Source: Octopus sinensis (lineage: Eukaryota). Taken from it: DNA of 64,000 nucleotides. The stretch covers positions 21,266,001 through 21,330,000 of the forward strand of contig NC_043002.1 of assembly GCF_006345805.1 (NCBI RefSeq), written 5' to 3'. Below are positions 62,472-64,000 of the stretch, piece by piece. The translations under genes and the position numbers were made by a program. Within the stretch, counting starts at the first letter, position 1; the number at the start of each line of letters is the position of its first letter. The notes beneath the pieces are model-generated. The model was not told where the DNA came from, ran no database searches, and saw nothing but the letters and a program-made list of their open reading frames with translations.

Positions 62472-62517
<46 letters not shown>

Positions 62518-62591
62518 CCGATCTATCTATCTATCTATTTATTTATCTATCGATCTATTTATCTATCCATCTATTTATCTATCTACATATA

Positions 62592-63020
62592 AGGCGGCGA
62601 GCTGGCAGAACCGTTAGCACGCCGGGCGAAATGCGTAGCCGTATTTCGTCTGCCGTTACGTTCTGAGTTCAAATTCCGCCGAGGTCGACTTTGCCTTTCA
62701 TTCTTTCGGGGTCGATAAATTAAGTACCAGTTACGCACTGGGGTCGATGCAATCGACTTAATCCCTTTGTCTGTCCTTGTTTGTTCCCTCTATGGTTAGC
62801 CTCTTGTGGGCAATAAAGAAATAAGAATCGTTTGCTGCCGGGCGAAATATTTAACGGCATCTCATACGTTTTTATGTTCTAAGTTCAAATTCTGCCAAGG
62901 TCGAGTTTGCCTTTCATCCTTTCGTGGTCGATAAAATAAGTTCTAGTTAAACATTAGGGCCAATGTAATCATGTAATCGACTTACATCCCACCCCAAAAT
63001 TTCTGGCCTTGTGCTAAAAT
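62592..63020 (+). mobile_element. SINE dimer
   Basis: A full CpG-rich unit followed by a truncated unit. Junction 62823/62824 is at the same position as 17880/17881. Confidence 0.85.
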
Positions 63021-63048
63021 TTAAAACTATTAAACATACATATATACA

Positions 63049-63086
<38 letters not shown>

Positions 63087-63090
<4 letters not shown>

Positions 63091-63790
63091 CTTGACCGTC
63101 AGGCGTCCATTTGACACCGCTGGTCACAGCACGCAGTCCACTCCTCTCTGGATCGCACCTTTCTCTTCCACGTAATCCCAATCGTCCTCCTGAAATCGTA
63201 ACTCCACCGTCGTGGAGGTCTCCGGGTGGTTGCTTCCGCTCGCGCGGATACCACTTGACAACTGCGCGGGTCCACCGATTATCGGCGTGCCGGGCGACGT
63301 GTCCAGCGCATCTATACTTGCTGCGTGTATACTCTGCGATGACATCTCTCACGCCGGACTTCTTTCTGATGATCTCGCTACTGATGTGCTCTCTCAACGA
63401 GATACCAAGTATTGACCTTTCCATGGCTCTTTGAGCCGTTACCAGTCTCTGCTCTTCTCTCTTTGTTTCACTAGCATATAACATTGAAGGTAGAACTGTA
63501 CTGTTGATGAGGTTGGCGCGGGTGGTCCTGTCCAACCTTCCCTTGAGCACATCTCTTATGCCATTAAACGCCTTCCATCCGGCCCTTACTCTCCGTGAGA
63601 TCTCCTTTTCGATATCTCGGCACATATCCACTTCCTGTCCACTGATGCCAGTGGTGAGATCTTGGATGTCTCCAAGATGCCTTGTGGGATGTCTTGTTGG
63701 CAAAGAATGTGTTAGTGATGCACAGGTTATGGTATGTGCAAAATTCAAGTAGTCTCTGACCATTGTCATTCATGTTGCCAATACCAAAAC
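63087..63790 (-). mobile_element. RTE remnant with an endonuclease piece fused to the post-RT 3' end
   Basis: [23 protein letters not shown]...WRHPRSHHWHQ joined to GQEVDMCRDIEKEISRR...NSTVLPSMLYASET. Flanked by (TA)n. Confidence 0.85.
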
Positions 63791-63856
63791 ACATACACTT
63801 ATATATATACATACATATATATACGATTGATTTGTTTCACTTCCTGTCCACGAAAT

Positions 63857-63942
<86 letters not shown>

Positions 63943-64000
63943 ATACGTATGTATATATGTATGTATATATGTTTGTATATATGTATGTATGTATGTATAT

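Overview
AT-rich, microsatellite-dense animal genomic DNA. The repeat families suggest an octopus or other coleoid cephalopod; this is inference from recall, not a search. The only host gene I can support is kynurenine 3-monooxygenase (KMO/cinnabar) on the minus strand. Three coding exons are present: 36478-36431 (METNDIKHVAIIGGGL), 17387-17318 and 10126-9939, with canonical GT-AG introns of 19 kb and 7.2 kb. The gene continues past position 1, and no further exon was found. The rest is mostly transposon-derived: RTE LINEs (one near-full-length with an 11-bp TSD), CR1-type LINEs, R4/Dong-type fragments next to (TAA)n, Penelope-like remnants, several tRNA-derived SINE families, a Helitron, and Chapaev, mariner, pogo, piggyBac and hAT derivatives. 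The most striking unannotated signal is a set of self-cleaving ribozyme motifs in small retroelements. These are: a well-formed type I hammerhead in a TSD-flanked 1.35-mer insertion (1676-2267); a tRNA-headed SINE-like family carrying a minimal hammerhead (28.8-29.1 kb and 40.7-41.7 kb); a 509-nt Penelope-like unit with two variant hammerheads (12.0-12.7 kb); and a degenerate HDV-like ribozyme near the 5' end of the full-length RTE. Also notable are SINE dimers and trimers inserted as single units with recurring junctions, and a PHD finger inside an RTE ORF. Nearly all entries in the ORF track are microsatellite or antisense artefacts. All structures were read by eye; nothing was computed or searched.
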